A stretch of DNA of 64,000 nucleotides from Stegostoma tigrinum (lineage: Eukaryota), in contig NC_081362.1 in assembly GCF_030684315.1 (NCBI RefSeq), positions 96,145,187 through 96,209,186 on the forward strand. Direction: 5' to 3'. Positions 36,331 to 48,658 of the stretch are shown here, piece by piece (within the stretch, counting starts at the first letter, position 1; each line of letters opens with the position of its first letter). The position numbers were made by a program, and so were the translations under genes. The notes under the pieces were generated by a model. The model saw only the letters and a list, made by a program, of their open reading frames with translations, was not told where the DNA came from and searched no databases.

Positions 36331-39300
36331 ACAAGATAATAAAATGTGAGGCTGGATGAACACAGCAGCCCCAGCAGCATCTCAGGAGCACAAAAGCTGA
36401 CGTTTTGGGCCGAGACCCTTCATCAGAGAGGGGGATGGGGTGAGGGTTCTGGAATAAATAGGGACAGAAGGGGAGGCGGACCGAAAATGGAGAGAAAAGA
36501 AGATAGGTGGAGAGGAGAGTATAGGTGGGGAGGTAGGGAGGGGATAGGTCCGTCCAGCGCAGATGGACAGGTCAAGGAGGTGGGATGAGGTTAGTAGGTA
36601 GGAGATGGAGGTGCGGCTTGGTGTGGAAGGAAGGGATGGGTGAGGGGAAGAACAGATTAGGGAGGCAGAGACAGGTTGGACTGGTTTTGGGATGCAGTGG
36701 GTGGAGGGGAAGAGCTGGGCTGGTTGTGTGGTGCAGTGGGGGGAGGGGACGAACTGGGCTGGTTTTGGGGTGCGGTGGGGGAAGGGGAGATTTTGAAGCT
36801 GGTGAAGTCCACATTGATAACATTGGGCTGCAGGGTTCCCAAGCGGAATATGAGTTGCTGTTCCTGCAACCTTTGGGTGGCATCATTGTGGCACTGCAGG
36901 AGGCCCATGATGGACATGTCGTCTAAAGAATGGGAGGGGGACTGGAAATGGTTTGCGACTGGGAGGTGCAGTTCTTTATTGCGAACCGAGCGGAGGTGTT
37001 CTGCAAAGCGGTCCCCAAGCCTCCGCTTGGTTTCCCCAATGTAGATGAAGCCGCACCGGGTACAATGGATGCAGTATGCCACATTGGCAGATGTGCAGGT
37101 GAACCTCTGCTCAATATGGAGAGTCATCTTGGGGCCTGGGATAGGGGTGAGGGAGGAGGTGTGGGGGCAAGTGTAGCATTTCCTGCGGTTGTAGGGGAAG
37201 GTGCTGGGTGTGGTGGGGTTGGAGGGCAGTGTGGAGCAAACAAGGGAGTCACGGAGAGAGTGGTCTCTCCGGAAAGCAGACAGGGGTGGGGATGGAAAAA
37301 TGTCTTGGGTGTTGGGGTCGGATTGTAGATGGCGGAAGTGTCGGAGGATGATGCGTTGTATCCGGAGGTTGGTGGGGTGGTGTGTGAGAACGAGGAGGAT
37401 CCTCTTTGGGCGGTTGTGGTGAGGGTGGGGTGTGAGGGATGTGTTGCGGGAAATGCGGGAGACGCGGTCAAGGGCGTTCTCGACCACTGTGGGGGGAAAG
37501 TTGCGGTCCTTGAAGAACGTGGACATCTGGGATGTGCGGGAGTGGCATGCCTCATCATGGGAGCAGATGCGGCGGAGGCGGAGGAATTGGGAATAGGGGA
37601 TGGAATTTTTGCAGGAGGGTGGGTGGGCGGAGGTGTATTCTAGGTAGCTGTGGGAGTCGGTGGGCTTGAAATGGACATCAGTTACAAGCCCTTTGGTCCT
37701 GGAACTCCCTACCTACGTCCGTGACACCACCCACACCCTGCACTTCCTCCAGGACTTCCAATTCCCTGGCCCCCAACACCTCATTTTCACCATGAACGTC
37801 CAGTCCCTATACACCTGTATTCCGCATGCAGATGGCCTCAAGGCCCTCCGCTTTTCCCTGTCCTGCAGGCCCAACCAGTCCCCCTCCACTGACACCCCCA
37901 TCCGCAGAGCCGAACCCGTCCTCACCCTCAACAACTTCTCTTTCGATTCCTCCCACTTCCTACAGACAAAGGGGGTGACCATGGGCACCAGCATGGGCCC
38001 CAGCTATGCCTGCCTCTTTGTAGGTTACGTGGAACATTCCCTCTTCCGCACCTACACAGGCCCCAAACCCCACCTCTTCCTCCGTTACATTGATGAATGT
38101 ATCGGCGCCGCCTCTTGCTCCCCAGAGGAGCTCGAACAGTTCATTCACTTCACCAACACCTTCCACCCCAACCTTCAGTTCACCTGGGCCATGTCCAGCA
38201 CATCCCTCACCTTCCTGGACCTCTCAGTCACCATCTCAGGCAACCAGCTTGTAACTGATGTCCATTTCAAGCCCACCGACTCCCACAGCTCCCTAGGATA
38301 CACCTCCTCCCACCCACCCTCCTGCAAAAATTCCATCCTCTATTCCTAATTCCTCCGCCTCCGCCGCATCTGCTCCCACAATGAGGCATTCCACTCCCGC
38401 ACATTCCAGATGTCCACGTTCTTCAAGGACCGCAACTTTCCCCCCACAGTGGTCGAGAACACCCTTGACCGCGTCTCCCGCATTTCCCACAACACATCCC
38501 TCACACCCCGCCCCCACCACAACCGCACAAAGAGGATCCTCCTCGTTCTCACACACCACCCCACCAACCTCCGGATACAACGCATCATCCTCCGACACTT
38601 CTGCCATCTACAATCTGACCCCACCACCCAAGACATTTTTCCATCCACTCCCGTGTCTGCTTTCCAGAGAGACCACTCTCTCCGTGTTTCCCTTGTTTGC
38701 TCCACACTGCCCTCCAACCCCACCACACCCGACATCTTCCCCTGCAACCGCAGGAAATGCTACACTTGCCCCCACACCTCCTCCCTCACCCCTATCCCAG
38801 GCACCAAGATGACTTTCCATATTAAGCAGAGGTTCACCTGCACATCTGCCAATGTGGTGTACTGTATCCATTGTACCCGGTGTGGCTTCCACATTGGGGA
38901 AACCAAGCGGCAGCTTGGGGACCGCTTTGCAGAACACCTCCGCTCGGTTCGCAATAAACAACTGCACCTCCCAGTCGCAAACCATTTCCAGTCCCCCTCC
39001 CATTCTTTAGATGACATGTCCATCATGGGCCTCCTGCAGTGCCACAATGATGCCACCCAAAGGTTGCAGGAACAGCAACTCATATTCCACTTGGGAACCC
39101 TGCAGCCCAATGTTATCAATGTGGACTTCACCAGCTCCAAAATCTCCCCTTCCCCCACCGCACCCCAAAACCAGCCCAGTTCGTCCCCTCCCCCCACTGC
39201 ACCACACAACCAGCCCAGCTCTTCCCCTCCACCCACTGCATCCCAAAACCAGTCCAACCTGTCTCTGCCTCCCTAATCTGTTCTTCCCCTCACCCATCCC

Positions 39301-39637
39301 TTCCTCCCACCCCAAGCCGCACCTCCATCTCCTACCTACTAACCTCATCCCACCTCCTTGACCTGTCCATCTGCGCTGGACGGACCTATCCCCTCCCTAC
39401 CTCCCCACCTATATTCTCCTCTCCACCTATCTTCTTTTCTCTCCATCTTCGGTCCGCCTCCCCCTCTCTCCCTATTTATTCCAGAACCCTCACCCCATCC
39501 CCCTCTCTGATGAAGGGTCTAGGCCCGACACGTCAGCTTTTGTGCTTCTGAGATGCTGCTGGGGCTGCTGTGTTCATCCAGCCTCACATTTTATTATCTT
39601 GGATTCTCCAGCATCTGCAGTTCCCATTATCACTGAT
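36331..39637. mobile_element. Penelope-like retroelement (RT + GIY-YIG endonuclease), 5'-truncated, with an inverted 3' duplication
   Basis: + strand ORFs 37660-38349 (RT: GVTMGTSMGPSYA, FLRYIDE) and 38410-39276 (NVVYCIHCTRCGFHIGETKR); inverted copy in ORF 36657-37526 (IYIGETKRRLGDRFAEH). 13-bp TSD ACAAATCTCTGAT at 36318-36330 and 39638-39650. Confidence 0.93.
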
Positions 39638-39989
39638 ACAAATCTCTGATCCACCTTATAGATAACAAGAAGCAATTTATTTATTAAATCGTAACAATGA
39701 ATAAATTATCAGAATTATTAACAAACAGGCATTTCCCCCTTAGATGAGTAACTACTTCCTAACTCGTCTGAATTCTACTGGAATAAAGTTCAAATAAACA
39801 GAAGTACCACCCCAGAAGTGCTCACGTACCACCCCACCAACCTCCGGATTCAGCGCATCATCCTCTGTCACTCCCACCACCTGCAATTCGACCCCACTAT
39901 CAAGGACATTTTTCCCTCCCCACCCTTATCAGCCTTCCAGAGGGACCACTGTCTCCGAGGCTCCCTTGTCTTCTCCCACCTATCTGCTC

Positions 39990-40740
39990 CTTTATCCAGA
40001 TGAAATAAACTTGCTATGAACAGATATCCCGCAACTTCATCCACAGTTGTCTGCTAAACAGATGACAACAGGTGGAAACAGTACACCCTAACACACTGGG
40101 CACACTTCCCTACCCTCAAGAACATATCAGAACTGACAACCAGACTCATAAGACGACTAGGAACCATAGCAGCACGCAAGCCAACAGCCACACTACGTCA
40201 AACACACACAAGGATTAAAGACCCCATTCCTACAACATGCAGAAATAACTCAGTTTACAGAATACCATGCAATGACTGCCACAAACATTACATCAGGCAG
40301 ACATGAAGGAAACTCGCCATCAGAATACATGAACATCATCTAGCAGCAAAACAGCACAACAAATTCTCCTCAATATCGGTACATGCAGACAATGAAGGCT
40401 ATCAGTTTAGCTGGGACAACATAATCGTAGAAGCCCAAGCCAAACATAGACACACATGGAAATTCCTAGAGGCATAGTTCTCAACCACACAGCAATCGAT
40501 AAACATGTAGAATTGGACCCCATATACACAGCCATTTAGAACAAAACCTGAAATGACACTATTCACCATAACGGACCAGACGGTGGAAATTCCAAGTGGA
40601 CTGGAACAATATCGCTTCATCGGAGGCCTCAATGATGATGTTTCCTCACAGGGTGATGAAATGGCTGAATGAAAATGAGCCAGATCAGCGAGAAAGTCAA
40701 CAACCTCTGGAAGGGACCACAACAATCTTTTCCCCACAGT
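39990..40740 (+). mobile_element. Second, older Penelope-like family fragment (GIY-YIG region)
   Basis: Degenerate translation ...KPTATLRQ...NSVYRIPCNDCHKHYIRQT*RKLAIRIHEH. Confidence 0.75.
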
Positions 40741-41029
40741 CAATTCTATCTCCCTGCATTCAATTCATGAATTCACTACACAACTTTGTAACAGACAACG
40801 ATTGCCCAACCTCACCTCTAAGACCCAAAAGAAAGACGGTTGTACTTGTTGTAGGGCAGTCATCTCCACCCCAGGACATCTTTGCAGGAGTTCCGCAGGA
40901 CAGTGTAGTTGGGCCAACCATCTTCACTGCTTCATCTTCCCTCCACCATAAGATCAGATGTCCCATCAGTGAGTGATCAGGGTTGGTTTAGATCTTTTTC
41001 CTGTGGTTGACCTGTTTCTGTGTTTCCAG

Positions 41030-41164
41030 TCCCTGCAGTGGGAATGAACAGAGAGCTGTGGATAGTCTGGATCAGCGTGGGAGCTGCCCTGGGAGCTACT
41101 CTCATCGCTGGAGCTGCTCTTCTCTTCTGTATCAGATGCACTCGGTCTGGAAAACAGTCATCTT
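41030..41164 (+). CDS. Gene B transmembrane exon with GxxxG and juxtamembrane CxxC
   Basis: Acceptor tgtgtttccag|TC, donor T|GTAGGT; 135 nt, phase 1-1. Encodes VPAVGMNRE-LWIVWISVGAALGATLIAGAALLF-CIRCTRSGKQSS. Confidence 0.82.
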
Positions 41165-42304
41165 GTAGGTGGAAATCAATCTTTCACTGAAACGGCCACA
41201 TTAGGAAGAGTTTTCCTCATGATTGAAGGTTGGGGTGGGCAAAGAGAGGAATGTTCAAAATACTCAGAGCAGCCTTTGTGGAGAAAGAGAGTTCAAATCA
41301 GTTTTTCATCAAAAATGTGAGGCATTAGAGATGGAGAGTTTTTCACAGAAGTACATTACCCAGGGGAAAGACTGAAGCTGTCTTGTCTGCTCAATTTCCA
41401 GCTGCATTTTCTGATTTTGTTTCAGATTTCCCAAATCTACAGCATTTTAACATCCACTCTCTCAACCACTGATGCCCAAAACCAACAGTGTGTCCCTTCT
41501 ATAAGACACACCACACAAATTCACCAAAGATCTTCACACAGCATCTTCTAAACACATGGCCACTTCCACCTGGAAGGACAAGAGCAGCAGATACATGGGA
41601 ACACTACACCCTGCAATTCCCCTTCAAGCCAGTCACCATCCTGACTCAGAAATATTTCATTGTTCCTTCAGAGTCACTGGGTCAAAATCCTGGAATTCCC
41701 TCCCTAAGGGCATTGAGGATGAACCCACAGCACATGGGCTGCAGCAGTTCAAGAAGGCAGCTCATTACCACCTTCAAGGTGTAGCTAAGGACAGGCAACA
41801 AACGATGGCCTTGCCAGTAACAGCTACTTCCCATGAGTGAATGAAAAAAGTGTTAATTTTAATTATTTGGTGCCAATTGCCCTCAATAGACAAGGTCTCT
41901 TTTCCTAGGGAGTTGGATTTCAGGACTAGGGGGTATAACTGTCAGGTGAGAGAAGAAAGATTTTAAAAAGACACGGGGGCAATTTCTTTGGCACAGAGAA
42001 TGGTTTGTGTGTGGAATGAACTCCCAGAGGAAGTGGCAGATGTGAATACAATTGCAACGTTTAAAAGACATCCAAAAAAGTACATGAATAAGAAGTGTCT
42101 GGAGGGATATGGGTCAGGTGCTGGCAGGTGGGACCGGTTTAGGTTGGAATTATATTTGGCAAGGACTGGTTGGACCAAAAGGGCTGTTTCCATGCTGTAC
42201 GACTCGATGGCTAATTGAGTTTGACAGTCTTTCCAGAAGGTTGTTATTTCTGTCCTTCTGTGTAGCCTCAGTCTTGGTGACATTTGATCTTTTTTTACTT
42301 CCAG

Positions 42305-42378
42305 CTTCACCTGTCTGTCCTGCTGATAATTTGCCAGCCCCAGATAATGAACCCGTCTCTTTCTCTGGAGACACACAG
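42305..42378 (+). CDS. Gene B cytoplasmic linker exon
   Basis: Acceptor ctttttttacttccag|CT, donor CAG|GTTGGT; 74 nt, phase 1-0. Encodes SSPVCPADNLPAPDNEPVSFSGDTQ. Confidence 0.68.
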
Positions 42379-45324
42379 GTTGGTTGAGTTGTTTTGTGCA
42401 AGGTGTTTCTCAGCTCATTTGGCTCAATGTTTCAGATGGGAAGAAGGACAATGCCAATGGTGTTCGTACTCGGTGGACCAGCTTTTGGCATTTTCCAGAG
42501 GCTATTCTTCCTGTCTTGCCCATGCTTGAAGAATGGTGTTCCTCACACTGTGTTGAACTGATTGCCTCCCTATAATGGAGGCAGACACAGTTATATGACT
42601 TTGAAAGAAGCAGGATTTGATCTGTGGGGAGACATTCACTCTCATGTTGCAATGTTGCGCTGAGCCACAAGGTCACACAGTCCAGGCCACTGGACAAATA
42701 GACAGCTTCAGCAAGTGCACCCAACAGAGTTGCAGCATTTTTCCAAAAGCAGAATGACTTCTGGCTGTGGGATGTCGGGTGACAGAACAGGAGTGTAATC
42801 AAACCAAGAAGTGCAGACGCTGTCAATCTGAAACAAAAACAGTAACTGTTGGAGAAACTCACAGGCCTGGCAGCAGCTGTGGAAAGAAGAACAGAGTTCT
42901 CTGATGACATGCTCTCAGAAGGGGTCACTGGACCCAAAATGTTAACACTGTTTTCACTCCAAAGATGCTGCCAGACCTGTGAGTTTCACCAACTCTCTGT
43001 TTTTGGTTGTTAAAGCAGATGTGTTGGGGAGTATTTCTAAATATTCAAACATCATGCAGCCTTTGTTTTCCAATTGTGGGAAGATAATGGCTACTGATAA
43101 ACGAGGAGGCCGACTCAACGATACAGAGTTTCAGGCAGCATGTAGACTATTCTAATCATGTGATAATGTCAATGCTGCCCACAGCAATGCTGAAAAAACT
43201 GCAGATGCTGCAAATCAAGAAGTTTCTGGAAAAGCTCAGCATCTGTGAAGAAAAAAAGATCAGAGTTAGCATGTTGGGCCTGGTGACTGTTCCTCAGAAC
43301 ATGTTGCCCAATGTTGTAGTGAGGCAAGCAGGTCCCGGAGAGGCAATGTCTTTGGTCTGGTAATCCAGAGCTGCTGGTGACATCTAAATGTTATTCATAA
43401 AATCACAAAGAGAAAATTAGTCTCAGTGATGGTAATAATTGTTATCAAATTTTGTAAAAACCCATCTGTTTACTAATGCCCTTCAGGGAAGAAAATCTGC
43501 TGTCCTTACCCAGTCTGGCTCACATGTGACCCCAGGTCATATCGATGGGGTTAGCTTTTAATGGCCCTATGAAATGGCCAAGTGAGACTCTCAGTTCGAA
43601 GTTACTTTGAGAGTGGGAAACAAATGCTGGTCATTTCAGTGATTCCCTCATAACATGCAGGAAAATATTTTTTAAAAAGATCATCTGCGCATAGAATTTA
43701 CGGCAAGACTTAAGCATCAAATGAGGCATTGAGATAACCAAGTTAAGGCAAATCTTTCTCCGGTTGCACCTCTCCATGAGTCACAGAATAAATGTTAGTG
43801 CTTTATCTGGTTTGTGATATTATGTTGGGTTTAAAACAGAAAGTTCCATCAATCAGGTTCTTTGATAAACAACAATGTTATTGAATAATTATGAAACATG
43901 ATATATTTGGCAAAGATGAAATGATTTTCTCACACAGTTAAAAATATGAAAGTATAAACATTTACTTCTCTATATACACCAAAACACACAACCATTTTCA
44001 GGAAGAAAAGGGAGCAAAATTCACTTCTCTGTCTGAAGAGATTCATGTGAGCAAAAATAAACAAGCATTTCAGGCTGATATGGCTCATTGTTGAAGATAT
44101 GTATATTTTTTAATTCATAAATGGGATGGGGGCGTTACTGACAGGTCCCAGTCAATACCCAAAGAACAACATCAGCTGTGGGTCTAGAGTCACATCAATA
44201 CCAGACCAAGATTCCTTCTCTTAAGGAATTTAGTGAACCAGACAATTTTCTCCCACAAAAATCAATTCGTTTCTTAATTCCTGTTTTATTTTTCTTTATT
44301 CATTCAAGGGATGAGGGTGTTGCTCTCCAAGCAACATTTATTGCCCATCCCGAATTGCCCAGTTGGCAATTCAAAGTCAACCACATTGCTGTGGGTCTGG
44401 AATCACATGTCGGCCAGACCAGGTAAAGATGGCAGTTTCCTTCCCTAAAGGACATCAGTGAACCAGGTGGGTTTTTCTGACAATCGACAATGGATTCATT
44501 AGATTGTCAATTCCAGATATTTATTGAACTCAAATTCCACTATCTGCCGTTGTGAAATTCAAACTCGGGTCCCCAGAACATTATCTGGGTCTCTGGATTA
44601 ACAGTCCAGCAATAATACTATGAGGACTTTGCCTTCCCCACGAAAGTGTCTGGCCTTCTGTCTTATGTAGACAGCTGTCCTCAAATAGAGGCAGTTGTCT
44701 GTGGGATTTTTGCAAAGCCCAGTTTGCTGAGGAAAGGCAGCATTGAGGATTCCTCCAGTCATTTTACAAGGGAGTAATGAAGATTCACAACAAGAAGGTC
44801 TACTAAAATCCAGTGAGCTGATCTGAGCTCTCCTTCCCTTCAGACAGCTGAGCAGTAGTTACTCTGGATGCAAACGTGACCCAGAAAGCAGGCCAAGGGG
44901 ATAGTAGGGTCTTCCGTCAAGAAACAATGGGATTCACAGGATGCTTTGTTGAAAAGAATGTCACTGTTTTTTTCATTGACCCCTTTAAAACAAAACACTG
45001 CCCAATGGTGCCGCCTCAATTTCACAAGAACTATTATACAGGAAGCTCCCAGTGGGAAAAAGTCTTTGGTCTTGTGCACCATGAGTAAACGACTCAGCAG
45101 GTTCAGGGGAATTGAGTGGAGTTGAGCACATCAAAGACCAGCCCAAGCAAAGCTAGTTTCTCTGAGAGGGAATGCTACATTCCATCACTAAAAAGGACAA
45201 ATTTGAAAACAAAACCTTCTTTCAATATGGAGTCAGCTGCTACAGGAATGTCTCTGCTTTCAACCCCAATTCCCTGAACTGAACACCGGGTACTCAGAGA
45301 TACCCTGCTTTGAGAGACCTGCTG

Positions 45325-46480
45325 AACATAGAAACATCAAAAATAGGAGCAGGAGTAGGCCATTCAGCCCTTCGAGTCTGCTCTACCATTCAGTATAATC
45401 ATGGCTGATCATCCAATCTAGTGCCCTGCTCCTTCATTCTCCTCATACACTTTGATCCCTTTAGTTCGAAGAACTATATCCAACTCTTTCTTGAAAACAT
45501 ACAATGCTTTAGCTTCAGTTACTTTCTGTGGCGAAGAATTCCACAGGCTTCCCAGTCTCTGGGTGAAGACATTTCTCCTCATCTCCATCCAAAACGGCAA
45601 ACTGTTTAACCTTAAAATTTGACCTGCGGCCCCAGACTTTGTCATCAGGAACATCCTTCATGTATTTACCCGATCTATTCCTGTGGCTTTTATAGGCTTC
45701 TATGAGATCTCCCATCCTTCTTCTAAACTCCAGTGAATATAATCCCAACTGATGCAGCGCTTGCTGCACATCAGTTCTGCCACCCCAGGAATTAGTCCAG
45801 TAATCCTTTGCTGCTCTCCCTCATTACCAGAACATCCTTCCTCAGATAAAGAGATGAAAGCTATTCTCAATATTGCAGGTATGATCTTACTAAGGCCCTG
45901 TAAAGTTTCAGCAAGACATTCCTGCTCCTGCACTCAAACTCTCTCGCTATGGCGGCCAACATCCCATTTCCCTTCTTCACAGCCTGCTCCTCTGACGTGC
46001 TTCATTTCAGTGTCTGATGTACAAGGACCCCCCAGGACTTGTTGCACCTCCCCCTTTCCCAATCTATCGCCATTCACATCATAACATCTTCTTGTTTATG
46101 ATTCCAAAATAACTTCACATTGATTCACGTGAAACTGTATCTGCTATGCATTTGCCCATTTTCTTAACTTGGCCAAATCACACTGAAGTCATTTGCCCAC
46201 TTTATAGATCTTTCCCTATCTCTACACAAAATATTTGTGTCTTTCTCACTGCCTTTCCATCGCTTTTTTTCCGTTGTCTGCAAATTTGGCTGCAGTAGGT
46301 TCACCTCCTTCCTCTCAGCCATAGGTCCCCAACCTGAAAAAGAATCCCTTACTCCCTCTCGCTATTTTTGGTCCATTTGCCAGTTCTATATTCACACCAA
46401 CACACTATCTCCAACATGGCGGGCTCTTATCTTATGACTTAACCTTTTACTGGGTACCTTGTTGATCATGCTCTGGAAGT
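45325..46480 (-). mobile_element. CR1 fragment (duplicated at ~50595-51730)
   Basis: - strand LGLYSLEFRR and DFQSMINKVP; CR1 3'UTR at the left end. Confidence 0.8.
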
Positions 46481-46572
46481 CCAACACCTGATATTTGATT
46501 AGAGCGAGGTTAAAATATTGAGTATTACGCTCCTCAACATCACCTTGCTGATTTCTTCCCTTTTTTTCGAAG

Positions 46573-46956
46573 GTTCCCCAAAAGGCTAAGAAGTTGATAA
46601 AAACCCAACCAGACACCTGTAATTCACCAAATGATGGAAACATATTCATTTCAAGCCAAAACCCGACATACCACAGCATAGAGGCAAAGTCTTACAGCAA
46701 CAGCCAAATGCAGGGGACTGAAACGGTTCCAGGAGAATGCAGGAATCACAGAGAACTGAAGAAACAGCAACGGAAATTTGCAAAACACAATCCCCAGGGT
46801 CAGTCGGCACCAAAGTCTCGCCGGAAATCGACACTGAGGCGGTTCTTGGCCTTTGAGAATCAAACACCAGGAATGAGCAACCAGATCACACTGACACCAA
46901 CTGATGAAGGAATCTATGCAAATCGCAGTCAGATTAGCCACACTCTCCACAAAAAG
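46573..46956 (+). CDS. Gene B large cytoplasmic exon, copy 1 (PTYHSI, SYSN, IYAN motifs)
   Basis: Acceptor ttccctttttttcgaag|G, donor AAG|GTGATG; 384 nt, phase 0-0. Open, hydrophilic, non-repeat sequence sitting between LINE fragments. Confidence 0.68.
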
Positions 46957-47029
46957 GTGATGGTTTTGTGTTGATACAGCTTTCTCCATGGCACTGTATT
47001 GCCGCTTCGTATGGAATCATGTGATTGCA

Positions 47030-48285
47030 CAATAGAATCGGGTGGAGTCAGCACAGCTTCATCAAGAGGAGATCATGCCTGAAAAATCTCACAGGAAGTA
47101 ATGAGCAAGTTAGACTAAGGAGAACTAGTGGACGCAATATATTTGCATTTGCAGAAGGCCTTTGAAGAGGTGCCGCAAAAGAGGCTGCAAAATAAGATAA
47201 GAGACCATGGTGTTAGTGGCAAGGAACTGACATGGAGAAGGGATTGGCTGACTGGAAGAAGGCAGAGAGAGGTGACAAAAAGGTCTTTTCAGGTTGCCAT
47301 CCAGACACTAGTGGAGTTCTGCAGGCGTCAATGTTGGAATCACAGCTATTCATGTTATACGTTAATAATCTGAACAATGGATCTGCGGACATTTTTGCTA
47401 CGTTTGCCAATGACACAAAGCTAGCTGGGAGGAGAGGTAGTGTTGAGGAAGTGAGGAGATTGCAGAAGGACCTGGACAGCTTGGGGAGTAGGCAAAGACA
47501 TGTAAGATGGGAAATAATGTGAGTGAGAGTGAAGTTGTGCACTTTGATAATAAGAATAAAGGAGTGAAATATTTTTTAAATAGGAAAGGTTTCAGAAATC
47601 TGAGGTACAAGGGGACATTGAGGGCTACATTAGGATTCCATGAAGGTTAACATAATTTTAGTTGGAGTTGAGGAAAAAAAATACACTGCGAGCTTCCATT
47701 TCAAGTGGGCTGGAATACAAGAGCCCAGATGTAATACTGAGGATATATAAAGCTCCTCATATGGAATGTTGTGAGAAGTTTTGGACCCTGTATTCAGGGA
47801 AGGATGCTTTAGCCTTGGAGGGAGTCCAGGGGGCATTTACAAAAATGATCTGGGAGATACAGAGCCTGTCATATGAGGAGCAGTTAAAGGCTTCAGGTCT
47901 CTAGTTGATGGAGTTTTGAAGGATGAGGGAGACTTGAGTAATACTTGCAGAAAACTGACAGGCCTGGATAGAGTGGATATGGGAAAGACGTTTCCGCTAG
48001 GAGGACAGAGTCGGAACTGAGGACACCGCCTCAGATTGAAGTGTCGAGCCTTGAGAACTGAGATGTGGAGGAACATCTTCAGCCACAGGGTGGTAAATCT
48101 ATGGGATTTATTGTCACAAAGAGCTATGAAGGTAAAATCACTGAGTGCATTTAAGGGGGAGATAGATAAGTTATTGGATCAATGATTACAGGGAGAAGAA
48201 TGGAGTTGAAAAATATTTCTGCCATGATTGAATGGTAGAATGGATTTGATGGGCCAAACGGCCCAATTCTGTTCTTATATCTTAT
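47030..48285 (+). mobile_element. CR1 fragment (duplicated at ~52280-53190)
   Basis: DAIYLHLQKAFEEVP, FANDTKLAG; CR1 3'UTR at the right end. Confidence 0.85.
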
Positions 48286-48440
48286 GTTCCTCTTTCCTCA
48301 CGATATTATTAATATCTTCATCCTCATTAAATGACAGTCATTATCAGCCCAGTCGTTTCGGGCTCCATTCATGCAGAGCAGGACTCTGCATCCTATCGGC
48401 GCCCATCATCTGGCTCCAACCATTTGTTTGTAAAATACAG

Positions 48441-48482
48441 GAATCCAGTGATCTAGAAGCAGACTCCAACTCCACATCTGTG
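48441..48482 (+). CDS. Gene B small cytoplasmic exon, copy 1 (ESSDLEADSNSTSV)
   Basis: Acceptor aaatacag|G, donor GTG|GTAATT; 42 nt. Only phase 0 is open in this copy. Confidence 0.6.
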
Positions 48483-48643
48483 GTAATTATTTCATTGATC
48501 ATGGTATTTCAAACCAAATCACTGATTGGTATCAAGATATTAATTACACTCAATGTAATGACTAAAACCAAAACAATGCCTCATCAAACCTAATTACTCT
48601 ATCAAAGTGGAATCTTAATCTATACATTGACCTTTTGTTTCAG

Positions 48644-48658
48644 AATTTTGAGCCATGA
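48644..48658 (+). CDS. Gene B candidate stop-containing exon, copy 1 (NFEP*)
   Basis: Acceptor ttttgtttcag|A; phase 0 reads AAT TTT GAG CCA TGA. A donor AAG|GTATGT follows at 48679/48680. Confidence 0.45.
   Translation, partial: NFEP

Noticed and set aside
36346-39361. Numerous overlapping ORFs on both strands
   Set aside because: Alternative frames of the Penelope element and its inverted copy.
27377-41164. CD8, CD28/CTLA4 or PD-1 ortholog for gene B
   Set aside because: No hinge exon or Lck-binding CxC (the motif here is CxxC), no MYPPP loop, and the tail does not match; no gene symbol assigned.
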